From Chrysochromulina tobinii (taxonomy: Eukaryota), in contig JWZX01002415.1 of NCBI GenBank assembly GCA_001275005.1, positions 1-34,267 on the forward strand: a DNA stretch of 34,267 nucleotides. Direction: 5' to 3'. Shown one piece after another: positions 1 through 12,100 of this stretch. The translations under genes and the position numbers were made by a program. The notes under the pieces are model-generated. The model was not told the origin of the DNA and did not search any database. It worked only from the letters and a program-made list of their open reading frames with translations. Every line of letters begins with the position of its first letter. The stretch's first letter is position 1.

Positions 1-2
1 GC

Positions 3-3000
3 GAACAACGCGCACAAATCGCATGGAATCGCTCGAACGCGGAGTTTTTTCTCGAGGACTCAAAGTGCGGAAAAATGTTACCAAGTGCTGGAAAAGTTTT
101 GACAGGGGGTTTAAAGATTGCTGGGGAATGCGACAATTGCGCTGACGAGCGTCGTGCTGATGCAAACGCACCCATCCCACTCGTCGACTGCGAGGCTGAT
201 TGCACGCTTGCTGGATTGACAGCAAAGGGCGACAGCGAGACTGCAGCAGGGGAGGAGTGCGCCGGAACGAGTGGACAGAGCTCGAGCATCAGTGAGCGCG
301 CCGCGGTCCTTGACACGGCTGCGGAGAAGCACGAGGCGCACGCGGAGCTCAACGGCGACGACATGGAGACCGAGCTCGACGTAAGCGGCGAGGCGGCGGA
401 TCTGCGGGGCGTGCAGACGGATGAGCAGCGCGCGCAGCGACGGCGCGACATTGAGGATCGGCTATGGCGCGACAGGCTCCGCTCAGTCATCGACGCGACG
501 GATGCGTCTGAGGGCGACAAGGACAGGGTTTATGAGTACTGGACCGGCGAATACCAGTTGGAGTTCAATGAGACCGGCGAGAAGTGCACCGACCGGCGAG
601 TGCTTGAGTTGCTGCAGCGCGTGCTTACACCCGAACGGGTGATGCAACTGTCCAAGTCCGTTAAGGAGAAGCTGGCGACCGGGCTCGATGAGTTTAACGT
701 GGTGCTCGTCAAGCAGGGCGGGCCTGAGCTCGCGAAGCTCTTCGCTGAATCCATTGCGATTGAGGTGGCGACTTTTTCCTTTCCGACGAGCTGGACTACG
801 TGGCATGCGACGTTGATTCCGAAGCCCGGCAAGGATAGGTGCAAGCTAAGCGGCTGGCGAGAAATATGGATCCAGGCACACCTGTGGAAGTTGGTGGTCG
901 GCGCCATCTTGCCGGAGTGCGCCGAGGTCATCGCGCACACCGGCCGTGGTGCAACGCGGGTTTCGAGCCCGGGCGCGGCTGCCCGGAACAATCTGCGGCA
1001 CTGCGGGCAAGGTTAGAATTGCACATGCGGCTGCGACAGCCCCTCCACATCTACTTCCAGGACTATAGCGTCTTCTTCCCCTCCATCTCAAGACAACTTG
1101 TCGCCTTCATCCTACACGAGCTCGGCGTCAATACCATCTCGGTCCAGATCTTACTCGAAGTTCAGGATCAAGTTATGGGCGCGTTCAAGACGGCGGGCGG
1201 TCCCACTGAGCTGGCCCCGATGCTGAGAGGCGAGCCCATCGGCGGCGTCGAATCGCCGTTGTTCTCGCTGCCTGTGGCGGCGCTCATACAGCGCGCACTC
1301 GAGAACTACGTGCCGGGCAGCCCACTGCCGGATCGGCGCGAGCTGCGCGTCGCGGCGCTACAGCTTTGGTACGCCGACGACGGCGCACTTGCTGACGCCG
1401 TCGAGGGCATCATTCAGACTGCTGTGGACATCATGATCTTGCTGTCGGAGGATATCCTGGGGCTCAAGGTCGGGCACGACGCGGCCGAGGCGTCCAAGTC
1501 GGCGTCGCTGTCCTGGACATGGGACAAGTCGCGCAACGAGTTCATTCGCGGCGACGGCAACAAGTTCAAAGTACCGCTGGGCAGCTCCCGCGAGGATATC
1601 GAGCTGGCACGGGCAATCTCCTATCGATACCTGGGCATTGACTTCGACCCTGAGCTCGACATGACCAAAGTGGAGGAGTCTTACCGCGCACGGGCCAGCG
1701 CCATCGTCACCATGATCAATAACTTGGGCGGTGGCAGCTGCGATCAGCTGTCGCTTGCAATCAATACGGTCTGGCAAGGTATCTTCATCTTTCCGGCGAG
1801 GACTATTCCGTTCACTGAGAAGGTTGCCAAAGCGCTCGACGCCAAGGCCACCAAGGTCTTATGCAACCACGGCAACCGGCTACGGCACTCCAAGATTGTG
1901 GGAGCCTTTATCTCGGGCAAGTGCGGAGGGCTTGGGCTGCGGCCAGTGCAGTCTACGATGGCGGCGGGCTTCATCGACGAACGGGCGCGCGCGTTTGGCG
2001 GCCGGCGGGGCGAGCCCGCACGCGCGGTGCAGCTCGCGGCGCACTTAGCCTTTGCTGCAAGCCTCGGCTGGGACGGCCCGTCGCACGAGGCACCTACGGC
2101 CTTCGACTTCGTGATCTCGGAGCGTTGGCTACCGTTCTTACGGCTCGACGTGCCGAGCGAGTGCGTGGCGCTGCATCTGGCAAAGCTTGGGCTTAATTGG
2201 CGCGGCACCTGCGTGGCAGAGTGCGCGGCTGATGCACGGCGAGCAGCTGCTCGCGGCGAGCAGACGGCAACCAAGGTGCGGCTCATCAACATGATCAACG
2301 TCACGCCCTCGCTGCGTCTGCACGGGCTCGGAATCAATAGCCTCGACGAGCTACACGCGGGCTGTGGCGAGCTGCTGAGCGCCGAGCGAATCGAGCTCAT
2401 CTACGCGAGGCCTGGATGGGTCTGGAGCGATATTGACAAGGCGCACGTGCGACGGCTGTTGCGCGAGGTTGCCGGCGACGCGCGCGCGATGGTTGCGCTC
2501 GGCGATTGGCGAGAGCGTGGCGTTCGGATGGAGGGCGAGATCGCGCTCACTGAGCTGATCAACGTGGGCAGGCGCAGGGCGCTGAGCATGCTCTCGCGGA
2601 TTGCGGGGATTCTGTGGTGCAAGGACGCTGGCGGTGGTCGGCTCGACGAGCGCTCTTACGAGGTGATCTTTTGCGGCGCTCGGCGGCGCGACGCGGTCTG
2701 GCTCACACGGGCGCAAGTGTTGGAGGGCGCGGCTAGGCGTGACGCGGCGAGACGCGATGCGACGACGGCAGTGAGCTCGTGCGGTGCGTCGGCCGAACAC
2801 GTTGAGCCCAATGAGACTGATGAGGTGATCGCGTGGATGGACGAGGCAGACGTCTCGAGATGGGAGCCGAACACGTTCAACTGCTTCCTGCACCGGCTGC
2901 GAGGGCCGGCGCGTGCTGCTGCGTTTCTCGCCGCGGCCGGACGTTCTGCTGGCATTGAGCCGCGCGCGGCGGCTGCGCGCATCGAGCTCATCGACCTCCT

Positions 3001-6000
3001 GCTGCTCGATTACGCGGCGTTACGCGCCAAGGGCGTCTGCGCCAAAGAGGTCAACTTGCGAGAGGACAGGGCTGCGGATAAGGCCGGCAAGCACGCGGCC
3101 GGCGCGCACACGACGGCGTGGTCAGCAACGTGCGCTGCCGAATTACGACGGGCGAATGGCTTCGAGAATCGCGTGGCGGCGATACGTGTGCTGCCTGCGC
3201 CGCGTGACGCTGACGGGGCGAAGTTCACGGATGCACTCGTCGAGGCCCGGTACGATGGCGTCGCGTGGAACAATGGGCGGAGTAACGGCAGCTTATGGCG
3301 AGGGTGGCGCACAGCGGCGCACGTGCCTTCTCACTTTGAGCGCGCTCCGATGGCGTTCGCGTGCGCCGTCACGCGGAGCTTTATGCGCGATCGCGAGGCG
3401 GAGTGCGCGGACGAGGGGGCGCTCTTTGCGAACGCGTACGGCGAGCCGTTGAAAGTGCGCATTGCGCGCGACGAGGCGGCGCTCATCGCCACGGACATCA
3501 ATTTGGCGCTCATGGGCGAGATTGGCAAGATCGAGGTCGCCTGCGTTGCACGCGGACGCGGCGGTTTCCTTCTCGTCGCGGCTACGGACGGCGCGTTCGT
3601 CAGGGCCAAGACGCTCAGCGCGCGCGAGGCGCTGCGTTACGCTATGGCGAGCGACGAGGAGCGGAGCAGCTTGCGCTTGCGCGCGCCGTACGAGCCGCCG
3701 CAGGTGGCGAGCGGTGTCTTTTATGGTCTGCAGCCGATAGGCAGCGCATGCCCGGTGCTGGAAGGGCGGCGGCTGCCGGCGCACTACGACAACAATCAAG
3801 CCGAACTCGACGGGCTCATCCTCGCGCTGCGCCGGCACGTGGCGCTCCTGACTGGCCTCACGGTTCACGAGGTCCTCCAGCAGAGAGCAGTTGCTGCTCG
3901 ACTGCGAGCTCGTCACCGGGCCTGCGGCGAGTGCTGACGAGGACGCTGACGACGGTGCTGGTCTCTGTGCGGAGGGCAGCAAGAATAGGGCACCCAGTGG
4001 CGCGCGCGACCTGCTCGTCATCATCGACAGCGAGAACATATGCGACTTTTTCGAGCGCGCGTGGCGCTACGGCGACGTGAGACGGCTGCGCGGTGAGACT
4101 TACGGTCTGCGCATGGAGGAGGCGCTGCTGCTACGCAGATGGCTGCAGATGTTGGATGCCGAGGTGCACACGCTGCGCCTGAGCTCGCATTGCGGGTTCA
4201 TTCCCAATGTCTGGGCTGATGCGGTCGCCAACGCGGCGCGGCTGCTCGCTCTCGACGGTGAGCCGCCTCTGGTCGTGCGGCGCACGCTGGCCTTCCTGTG
4301 CAAGGTAGGCGGCGCAGGCATGACATGGGGTCCGTCATCGACGTGCTCTGATCAGGCTGAGGGCGCGAGGTCGGCGGCGGAGCTCGACTCGAGGCTGTCC
4401 AAGAAGGTGCGCGCGCTCGCCGACACTTGCGCGGTGCAGCTGCTCATCAGGGAGGGGGTCAAGGTGTGGCAGATCTTTCGACGGGGGCGCGAGGCGCGGA
4501 CCGAGATCGAGGAGCTCGTCTTTCTGGTCAAGGAGGGGCCGGTTAGTGACGACGAGATGACGGGGGAGGGCCGAGCGGGCAGGGATGCGCGGGCAATGTT
4601 TGAGCAGGCGCAGCGCGATCTTCTCTGCGCAGTCGACGGGACGGCCTCGCCGGAGCTGCTCGAGGGGCGCCTCTTCGCCACTCCCTTCTTTGACTTCGAG
4701 GGCGAGGGCTTGGACGTCACCAAGGGGCAGCAGCTGTTCGATCGGCGGATCCAGGGCGCTCTCTCGATTCAGAGAGGCGGTGGCTACGGTAGCCAAGTGG
4801 AGCTCACGAGGGTGGGCATGCGCCACATCTTGCGGAACTTCGCTCAGAGCGTGCTACCCGAGCTGGGCGAGGGCGTTGCGTCGAGCACGCCGACCGAGGG
4901 CGAGACGCTGCCCCTCTGCATCTGCCCGGCGTGCCACGCTGAGTGTCGTTGCGACTTTTTCCACTTCTTCGAGTGCGCGAGCGGCATCAGCGAGGCAGCC
5001 AGGAGCGCGTGCTGCAGGGCTCTCGAGCAGCACGCGACGATGCTCGACGTGCCGAGCGCGGAGGACGGCGAGGGTGAGGGCGACCTACACCTCGAGCTGG
5101 CATGGGCGAGAGTGGCGCTGCTGGCGAAGCGGCAGCCGGGCGAGCTGGGGAGGTACCGCAGATATTTAGCGGCCAAGGCGCTGTGCGGCGCGTTCGCGAT
5201 GCCCTCGGCGGCTTCGGTCCGAGCAGCGGCGATGGCCGACTGCTGGCAGTGCGAGTCCTCGCGGCAGGAGTCTACGGCGGAGGCCGCGGCCAACGACGAC
5301 GACGACGAGCTGGACGAGCTCGAGTGCGAGGAGGCGCGGCCGCGGAGCGAATTTGACTACATGCGGCTTGCGGAGGCGCGACGCAAGTTCAACAAATGGT
5401 ACGTCGCACGGGCCATCGCGCTCAACACGGTGGTTATCGATCATCTGCGAGCCGAGTTCGGCGATTGGCTGGGGCGCATGAAGCGAGGGCATGCGGGGCT
5501 GCGCGGAGCGTACGGCGGCGACTACCAAAGGCACTATACCGGCGGGCGCGGGCGCGTTCTCGACGAGCAACTTTGCGGCATGTTTTATCCGGCCAATGGC
5601 AGTGCAGGCGTGCCGATGAGCGAAGCTGACTTTGACAAGGGCATCGCGGCGGAGCTGCAGCCGGGGCGTTTTGTGCGCGTCGTGGGCGGCGAGACGCTCG
5701 TGCGTACGCACGGCACGGCTGACGCGCGGCGCGAGGAGCTCCGCAAGAAAAGGGATGAGGGCAAGGAACGGGAGCGGTTGAGAGCTGAAGAGGGCCGGTT
5801 CAAGTATGCTCGGCTCGAGCAGGAGCGAGAGCTTGGCGAGCTGCTCGAGAGGCGCATCGAGCGCGGCTTCGAGGGTCTGTCGGAGCCGGACGAAGAGGAG
5901 AGCGCGCTGCTCGCCGACGGTGGCCGAGAAAGGGCGCTGCGGCTCATGCGCGAAGCGTCGGCGGTGGGCGCGCGCGCGTGGCTGATGCCGGATGGCGGCG

Positions 6001-6890
6001 AGGCGATGAGGGCAGCGCGGGCTATTGGCGGCGCAGACGAGCGCGCAGATGAGGGCGGCGTTGGCGTGGCGCCGGCTCACATGGATGGCGATTTCGACGA
6101 GATGATTGTTGATGATGTGGCAGCGCCTCTACTTCAGGCGACGCAGCTGTATGGCACGGTGAATGAGGACATCGAGGAGGAGTCCGAGGTCGACGAGGCG
6201 GTGCGCCGAGCCCCCTTTTGTCAGGCGACTCAGCAACACGGTGTGTCGCTGGCCGGCGAGGATGCTGTTGACGACGACGACGAGGCGGTGCAACGGTGCG
6301 GCTGGTTTGACGCGCGGCTGGCAGAGAGCACAAAGGGCCTCGCCGCGAGATGGGCGGCGTGCGGACTTGAGATGAATGATGAGCTCACGGGCGAGCTGAG
6401 CGCGGCGAGAGAGGTTGCCGAGTGCATGAGTGAGATGGCGTCTGACGACGTTCATGATGAGCTGATGTGTAGCATGGATGTAGTAGCGGAGGTGCATGCA
6501 CAGGATGCAGAGAGGGAGCAGCAGAGTGAGGGGGTGTCTGTAGGGTGCGTCCGGCATGACGGCGACGGCGTGAGCGGCGGCAACAGCGCTGATGGACGAG
6601 GGCTCGAGGGCGAAGACGGCGGCGACATGGGCTGCGAGAGTGCCGACGGCGTCGAGCAGGGGGCGTCGATGGCGGCGTGCGAGGCGGAGGACAGCGACGA
6701 GGACGAGGCTATGGTGGGCAAAGAGAACGCGTCGATGCAGCGCGCAGAGTACGGCGGCGGCGCGGCTGGGGACATCAAGAAGAGGAAGCACAAGCGGTGC
6801 ATGAGGAAGGGCAAGGGTCATCGGAAACGGTTGGCAATGGCGAGGGCTAATGATCTACGACTGGCGGCGGACGAGGCGAGCGTGAGCTGA
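3..6890 (+). CDS. LINE ORF2-like polyprotein (about 2,300 aa visible, 5'-partial), interrupted by two frameshifts near 938 and 3884
   Basis: The frame of ORF 75..1016 is open from base 3. RT motifs: LIPKPGKD..WREIWI, NAGFEPGRGC, QDYSVFFPSI, RGEPIGGVESP, YADD (1370-1381), YRYLGIDF, GGLGL. RNase H motifs: TDGA (about 3584), NNQAELDG (about 3791), IIDSE (about 4019), SSHCGFIPNVWADAVA (about 4182-4230). Knuckle CPAC..H..C at about 4923-4976. The motifs run in order across ORFs 75..1016, 839..3937 and 3891..6890. Confidence 0.8.
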
Positions 6891-7260
6891 GCCGAACGGT
6901 GCGAGGGCGAGGGTTCCGAGTCTGTGTTGCTCATGCGACTGCGGGACGGGCCCTCTCCCTTGTGCTGGTAATCTCGGTGAGCGTGACGCGGCGCCGACCG
7001 GCCTCGAGCTCCTCGGTCGAGCAGGCGCTTATGTCCCTCCCTCTTTCTCTCCCCAATCCCTTCTCTCTATCTATTCTCTTCGATCTCTACCTGTACTCGA
7101 GGGCACGCAGGCTAGCACCCTGTGGCGTGTCTCCTCCTGGTCTCCCTCCCGTTCGTGCTCCTTCCGTTGTGTCTCACCATCTCCGTCGACTCTCACCCCC
7201 ACTGCTAGCCTCGAGAGCACATTCGATAGGCTTCCGTTAGGTTGTCTGTTGTTTATGAAG

Positions 7261-7280
7261 TAACTTAACTTAACTTAACT
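7261..7280 (+). repeat. (TAACT)4 microsatellite, probable 3' tail of the LINE
   Basis: Read directly from the sequence; it lies about 370 nt after the ORF stop. Confidence 0.8.
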
Positions 7281-7386
7281 GGAGACTTTGGAGGCTAACG
7301 CTTTGGACTGCAGCTTTGGACGACCCATTCATGACCCTCGTCTGCCCCCGGTCGACGCCACCGTCTCAAAGTAAATTGTTTAAAAC

Positions 7387-7413
7387 CACCGGGGGGAGCC
7401 GGGACACACACGG
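7387..7413. repeat. Dispersed motif CACCGGGGGGAGCCGGGACACACACGG, copy 1
   Basis: The same motif occurs at 12101-12139 in the same orientation. Confidence 0.75.
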
Positions 7414-7670
7414 GCCACACGGATCACACAGTCACAGACAATCTCAGTACCTCACAACCGACCCTCCCGACCCACCACCCACCACGAGAACGCTCCCACT
7501 GAGAGCCGCACAGGCCGGGCACACGCTTGCAAAACACGCAGCGAATAGTTGACCACGTCACGACCCCGGAGCTGACCAGCCTGTTCAAATAGCCGCGTCG
7601 GAGTAAAACAATGAAGGCGCGCGCTGCAGACGCGTAGCGGCTCTAAGTACCGGCTCTAAGTATCCGCAGC

Positions 7671-10600
7671 TCAAATCCGCAGCTCAAAGCCAGCCTTTCC
7701 TTGCACTGCGTTACGAATGGAGGCCTTCCCTTCGCTGTCAATGCTGTTGTAGTTGAGGTTGCACTCGGTTAATGAGCTTGTGACGGCCACCATGGCCGCC
7801 ACTGACTTTGCTCCCACTGGACCAATGCTGTTGTCCTTGAAGTTGAGCGACGCGAGTTTCGTCTCCTTGTTGCTCTGGATGGCCTCGCAGACTGCGCTTA
7901 CGCCCTCATCCTTGAGGCTGTTAGAGGACAAATCCAGGGCTGTCAGCCCGCCATTGACTCGCAGAGCGTCGGCAATCGCTGTGATGCCCTCTGCAGTGTA
8001 GGTGCCTGTGTCACTGCCGAATGTCAACTGAACTCCGCAGAGTGCGTTGTTGGAGAGGTCCAGGCTTGTCAGCGAGCTATTGACGCGCAGAGCGTCAGCG
8101 ACGGCTGTGATGCCCTCCGCGTTGTAAGTGCCTGTGGGCATGCCCTTGTGAAACCAGACACCACAGAGGCGGGTGTTTGTGAGACTCAACTGCACAGGCT
8201 AAGAAACAAACGGGTCAGGAAAGAGGGGTCATGCGGATGTGGGCTGATAAGGAAACGTAAGGAAACTTACCTTCCTGAGCGAGCTGTTGACACGCAAGGC
8301 GTCGGCGACCGCTTTGGCACCCTTCCCACCAAGGTAGTTGCCCTGCAACCTGCAGGCACAAACACCAGAAAGCACACGGTACGAGTGGGTGCCGAAAGAG
8401 CTCAGGTGCTGGCAACGAGTTGTCCACATTCGGTAAGTACGAGTCGGGGGGGACGTACTCTATTTGAGTCAGCGAGCTATTGATGGCAAGTGCCTTAGCC
8501 AATGCGGTCGCTCCCTTTGGGCCGAAAATGGTTGATGAAACCGAGTTGCTCAGGTCAAGCTTGCTGAGGCTCATACTCTGCTCGATAGCAACTGAGAGCG
8601 CCTCCACACCTTCGTCGCCCAGCTTTATGTTATCAACAAGCGAGAGGTGTGTCAGCGCGCCTGTGACACCGGCCTGTGACAGGTCCGACGCCAGCAGCAT
8701 CGCATCGGGCGGCTTGAGGCTCTGCTTGGAGAAGTCAGCGGTGGTCTGGCTGCGCTGGATGCCGCAGAGCGAGATACCCTTCTGCTTGGCGACTTCAGCG
8801 AGCATCTTGGCGGACTCCGCATCAAGTTGATTGTGCAGGAGGTCAGTCACCTTCAGCGAACCTGTGACAACGGCCTGTGACAGGTCCGACGCCAGCAAGA
8901 TTGCATCGGGTGGCTGGAGGCCATTGCCGAAGAAGTCAGCGTTGGTTTGATCGCGCCGGATGCCGCAGAGCGAGATACCCTTCTGCTTGGCGACCTCAGC
9001 GAGCGTCTTGGCGGACTCTGCATCAAGCCGATTGCCCAGGAGGTTGACCACCGTCAGCGCGCCTATGGCAAGGTCCGACGAAATGAGGATGGCGTCTGCT
9101 GGGCCGAGGCCCAGGTTGGCAAAGTTGGCCTCTTTCTGATCGCGCTTGATGCCGAACAGCATGGTGCCTTTTTCGTTGCCGATCTTGGCGAGCTTTTTCG
9201 CTGACTCGCTGTCCAAGAAGTTTCCGCGGACATTACACTCCGTCAGCGTGCTTGTGACAGCCACCATGGCCGCCACAGACTTTGCTCCCACTGGACCGAT
9301 GCCGATTTGGCCCATGTTGATCGTTGCGAGCTGGGTCTCCTTATTGCTCTGGATGGCCTCGCAGATCGCACCAACTCCCTCATCACCAACGTGGTTGCCA
9401 TAAATAGACAACTTTATCAGCGCACCTGTGACACCAGCCTGTGACAGGTCCGACGCAAGCAGGATCGCATTACCCTCTCTGAGACCCTGGTTGGAGAAGT
9501 CAGCGGTGGTTTGATCGCGCTGAATGCCGCAGAGCGAGATACCCTTCTGCTTGGCAACCTCAGCGAGCATCTTGGCGGACTCCACATCAAGCTGATTGCC
9601 CAGGAGGTTGGCCAACGCCAGCGAGCCTGTGACGCTCGTGCGGAGCGCCTCGGCGATCAACTTGACACCAGCAGGGCCGATGTTCTCGGAGGATGCGTCC
9701 ATAGACATGATCTTGCTGTCCTTGTTGCCGCAGATGGCGGCAAAGATGGCACCCCAGCCCTCGTCCCCGAGCTTGTTGCCCCTGAGCTTGACGGACGTCA
9801 ATGCGCCATTGATGCGCAGAGCCTCCGCAATTGCTGTGATGCCCTCTTCAGTGTAGGTACCGCTGACCGTGCCAAATAGCCCTTTGACCACTCCACAGAG
9901 TGCATTGTTGGAAAGGTCCAGGCTCGTCAGCGCGCCGTCGACGCCAAGAGCTGCTGCGAGCTCCTTGATGCCCGTCATGTCCCTGCCAGAGTCGGTGAGA
10001 TGATTTCCGGACATGTTGATGCTCGTCAGCCCGCCTGTGACAACGGCCTGTGACAGGTCTGACGCCAGAAGGATCGCATCGGGCGGCTTGAGGAATTGGT
10101 CGGAGAAGTCAGCGGTGGAGAAGTCAGCGGTGGTCTGGTCACGCTGGATGCCGCAGAGCGAGATACCCTTCTGCTTGGCGACTTCAGCGAGCATCTTGGC
10201 GGACTCCGCATCAAGTTGATTGAGCAGGAGGTTGGCCACCGTCAGCCCGCCATTAACGCGCATGGCGTCGGCGATTGCAGTGATGCCCTCGGCGGTGTAC
10301 GTTCCCCTCAACGTTCCCCGGCCCCAAATGTCCACACCGCACAGCATGTTTTTGGAGAGGTTGATAGTCGTCAGCGCGCCGTTGACGCCGATCAGCGAGG
10401 CGATCACGATGGCAGAGGCAACACCGAGGCGCTTGTTTGAGAGGTCGAGGGACTCGACTGGCTCGGTGCCCTTGAGCTTCTTGATGGGCAGCGCATAACC
10501 GTCGAGGTTAACCTGAATGCAAAGAGCGCAAGCTGTCAGCTCAGAACAGGTCACAATTTGTGGTCCAAACACGCTGGGCCAGCGTACCTCCGTCAATGCG

Positions 10601-11746
10601 CCATTGATCGGAAGCATCATGGCAAGAAGCCGAGTGGCCACGTGCCCAAGGTGACAATCCCGGAGATCGAGCTCCTTGACGCTACCCTCACGTAGCTGCT
10701 GCACCGGAATGCCGCCGATGGTCCCGCTCGCTGCCAACGCGACGGCAGCCAGGAGCAGCTTCTGTGGCACCTCCCCTTCCTCCGGTGCAATGCATGCACG
10801 CAGGGCCTCTTGACAAAGTACTCTTGACAAAGTATCTCGAACATCATGATCCTCATCATGATCCTCGTCGCCTTCCCCCTCAGCTCCCAGTTCTGCTTGC
10901 CGGACAGCTGCGACGTCCACTGTGAAGCCGTAGCCAAGCAGCTTAGTAAGTCCGGGAAGCATCTGCCCGGCCGCGGCAACCTCCCACGGACAGCCTTCGC
11001 CGATGAGGTACTCCACGTCGATGGCTGTGACATCCTCACGACGCTTTGGCACTGTCGCTGGCCGACCCGCGTCGTCGAGGGGCCGAGCCGCGAGCGGACA
11101 CACACGAGAGCAGAGTTGGTGGCGTGCGCGTAGTTTCCATGCGCTGCTCACCGCCTTCAATGTGCGCAGCAGCGCAGTGGGAGCGTACTCGAGCGCGGCT
11201 CGGATGGCGTCCTCGGAGCCAAGTTGGCTAGCAACGGAGTGACGGAGTGGCGGTGGGGCGACCATGCTCGAAGACGACTCCTTGTCGTCCTCCTGTGAAC
11301 TTTCCTCTGGGGCCCCATCGCCCTCGGGCTCGAAGAGCGGCTCTGCGAGCATCAATGCGTGGGCCGTCTGGGGAATGGTCTCCTCGTTGCGCACGCAGAA
11401 CATCTCACACAACGCATGAACATCCAGGCCGTCAGCACGGCGGAAGAGCTCCGTGGCCAGAACCTTGAAGGCTTCAGAGGCGTAGAGGTAGTTTGCTGCC
11501 TCCATGGCGCACACGAGCTCTTCGAGCGCAACGTCAGCGAGAGGCAAAGAAGCCCGTGCTTGCAAGCTGGGCGATCACCAAAGAGACCGGTGGTGCAGCG
11601 CGCTCCACTCGGAGGACGTTGCCCTCGGTGTGCTCTATCATGTCCTTGAGAAATCCGGCGCGCCTCACCGCATCTCTTGAGAATTGGAGCTCCTCTCCAT
11701 CGGACGTGCAGATCGTGAATGACTCGACCTCGCGAGTGTGCTGCAT
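7671..11746 (-). CDS. Skp1-like + F-box-like + LRR (ribonuclease-inhibitor/NLRC3-like) protein. Exons about 11746-10588, 10512-8459, 8349-8271, 8189-7671, with one frameshift near 11538
   Basis: N-terminal TSDGEELQFSRDAVRRAGFLKDMIEH and EELVCAMEAANYL..ELFRRADGLDVHALCEMFCVRNE resemble Skp1. EDAIRAALEYAPTALLRTLKAVSSAWKLRAR resembles an F-box. Many LTSLDLSxN..G..A.A.AL..N repeats follow. GT-AG introns at 10513-10587 (75 nt), 8350-8458 (109 nt) and 8190-8270 (81 nt) keep the LRR frame. Confidence 0.8.
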
Positions 11747-12100
11747 GATTGTGATCGGCGACGCGGCAGAGTCGAACTGTAGGGCTGTCGAAATGTTATG
11801 CCAGGATTGTGCGAGCGCTGCTCGTTTGCCTCCTGCGTGCGTGCAAAACGAAAAGAGAGGCGCTTCACCACATCTCCACGCTTGCTCGGGGTTGCGGACG
11901 TCCCGGTTCACACCAACTTTGTTGTGAACGACGTTCGTCATAAATGTGAATTAATCGTACTTGGAAGTACGATGTATCCGTGAGTGTGCTTTGGGGGTCA
12001 GGCTCAGAAAGCAGTACGCTAACACGATTGGAAACTTCGTTGTCGCGTCATCCGTCAAAAGTAAAAGACAAAACTTACATGTTAAGTCAAAACACCGGCA

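Larger units (their letters stand above)
1..7280 (+). mobile_element. Non-LTR retrotransposon (LINE-like) with RT, RNase H and Cys/His knuckle; 5' part lies upstream of the window
   Basis: Polyprotein with non-LTR RT motifs, RNase H and a zinc knuckle. It is followed by a pyrimidine-rich 3' UTR (about 7030-7240) and a (TAACT)4 tail at 7261-7280. No LTR is visible. Confidence 0.85.

Noticed and set aside
933..945. Programmed ribosomal frameshift
   Set aside because: No X XXY YYZ slippery heptamer is present and the break lies inside the RT domain, so an indel is more likely.
7261..7280. Telomeric repeat
   Set aside because: Only four units, internal, not a TTAGGG-type repeat, and positioned as a LINE tail.
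839..11746. RT next to a variable LRR gene as a diversity-generating retroelement, retron or group II intron
   Set aside because: The RT has a non-LTR retrotransposon layout (RNase H, knuckle, repeat tail). No non-coding template repeat was found, and LRR differences include length changes rather than adenine-specific substitutions.
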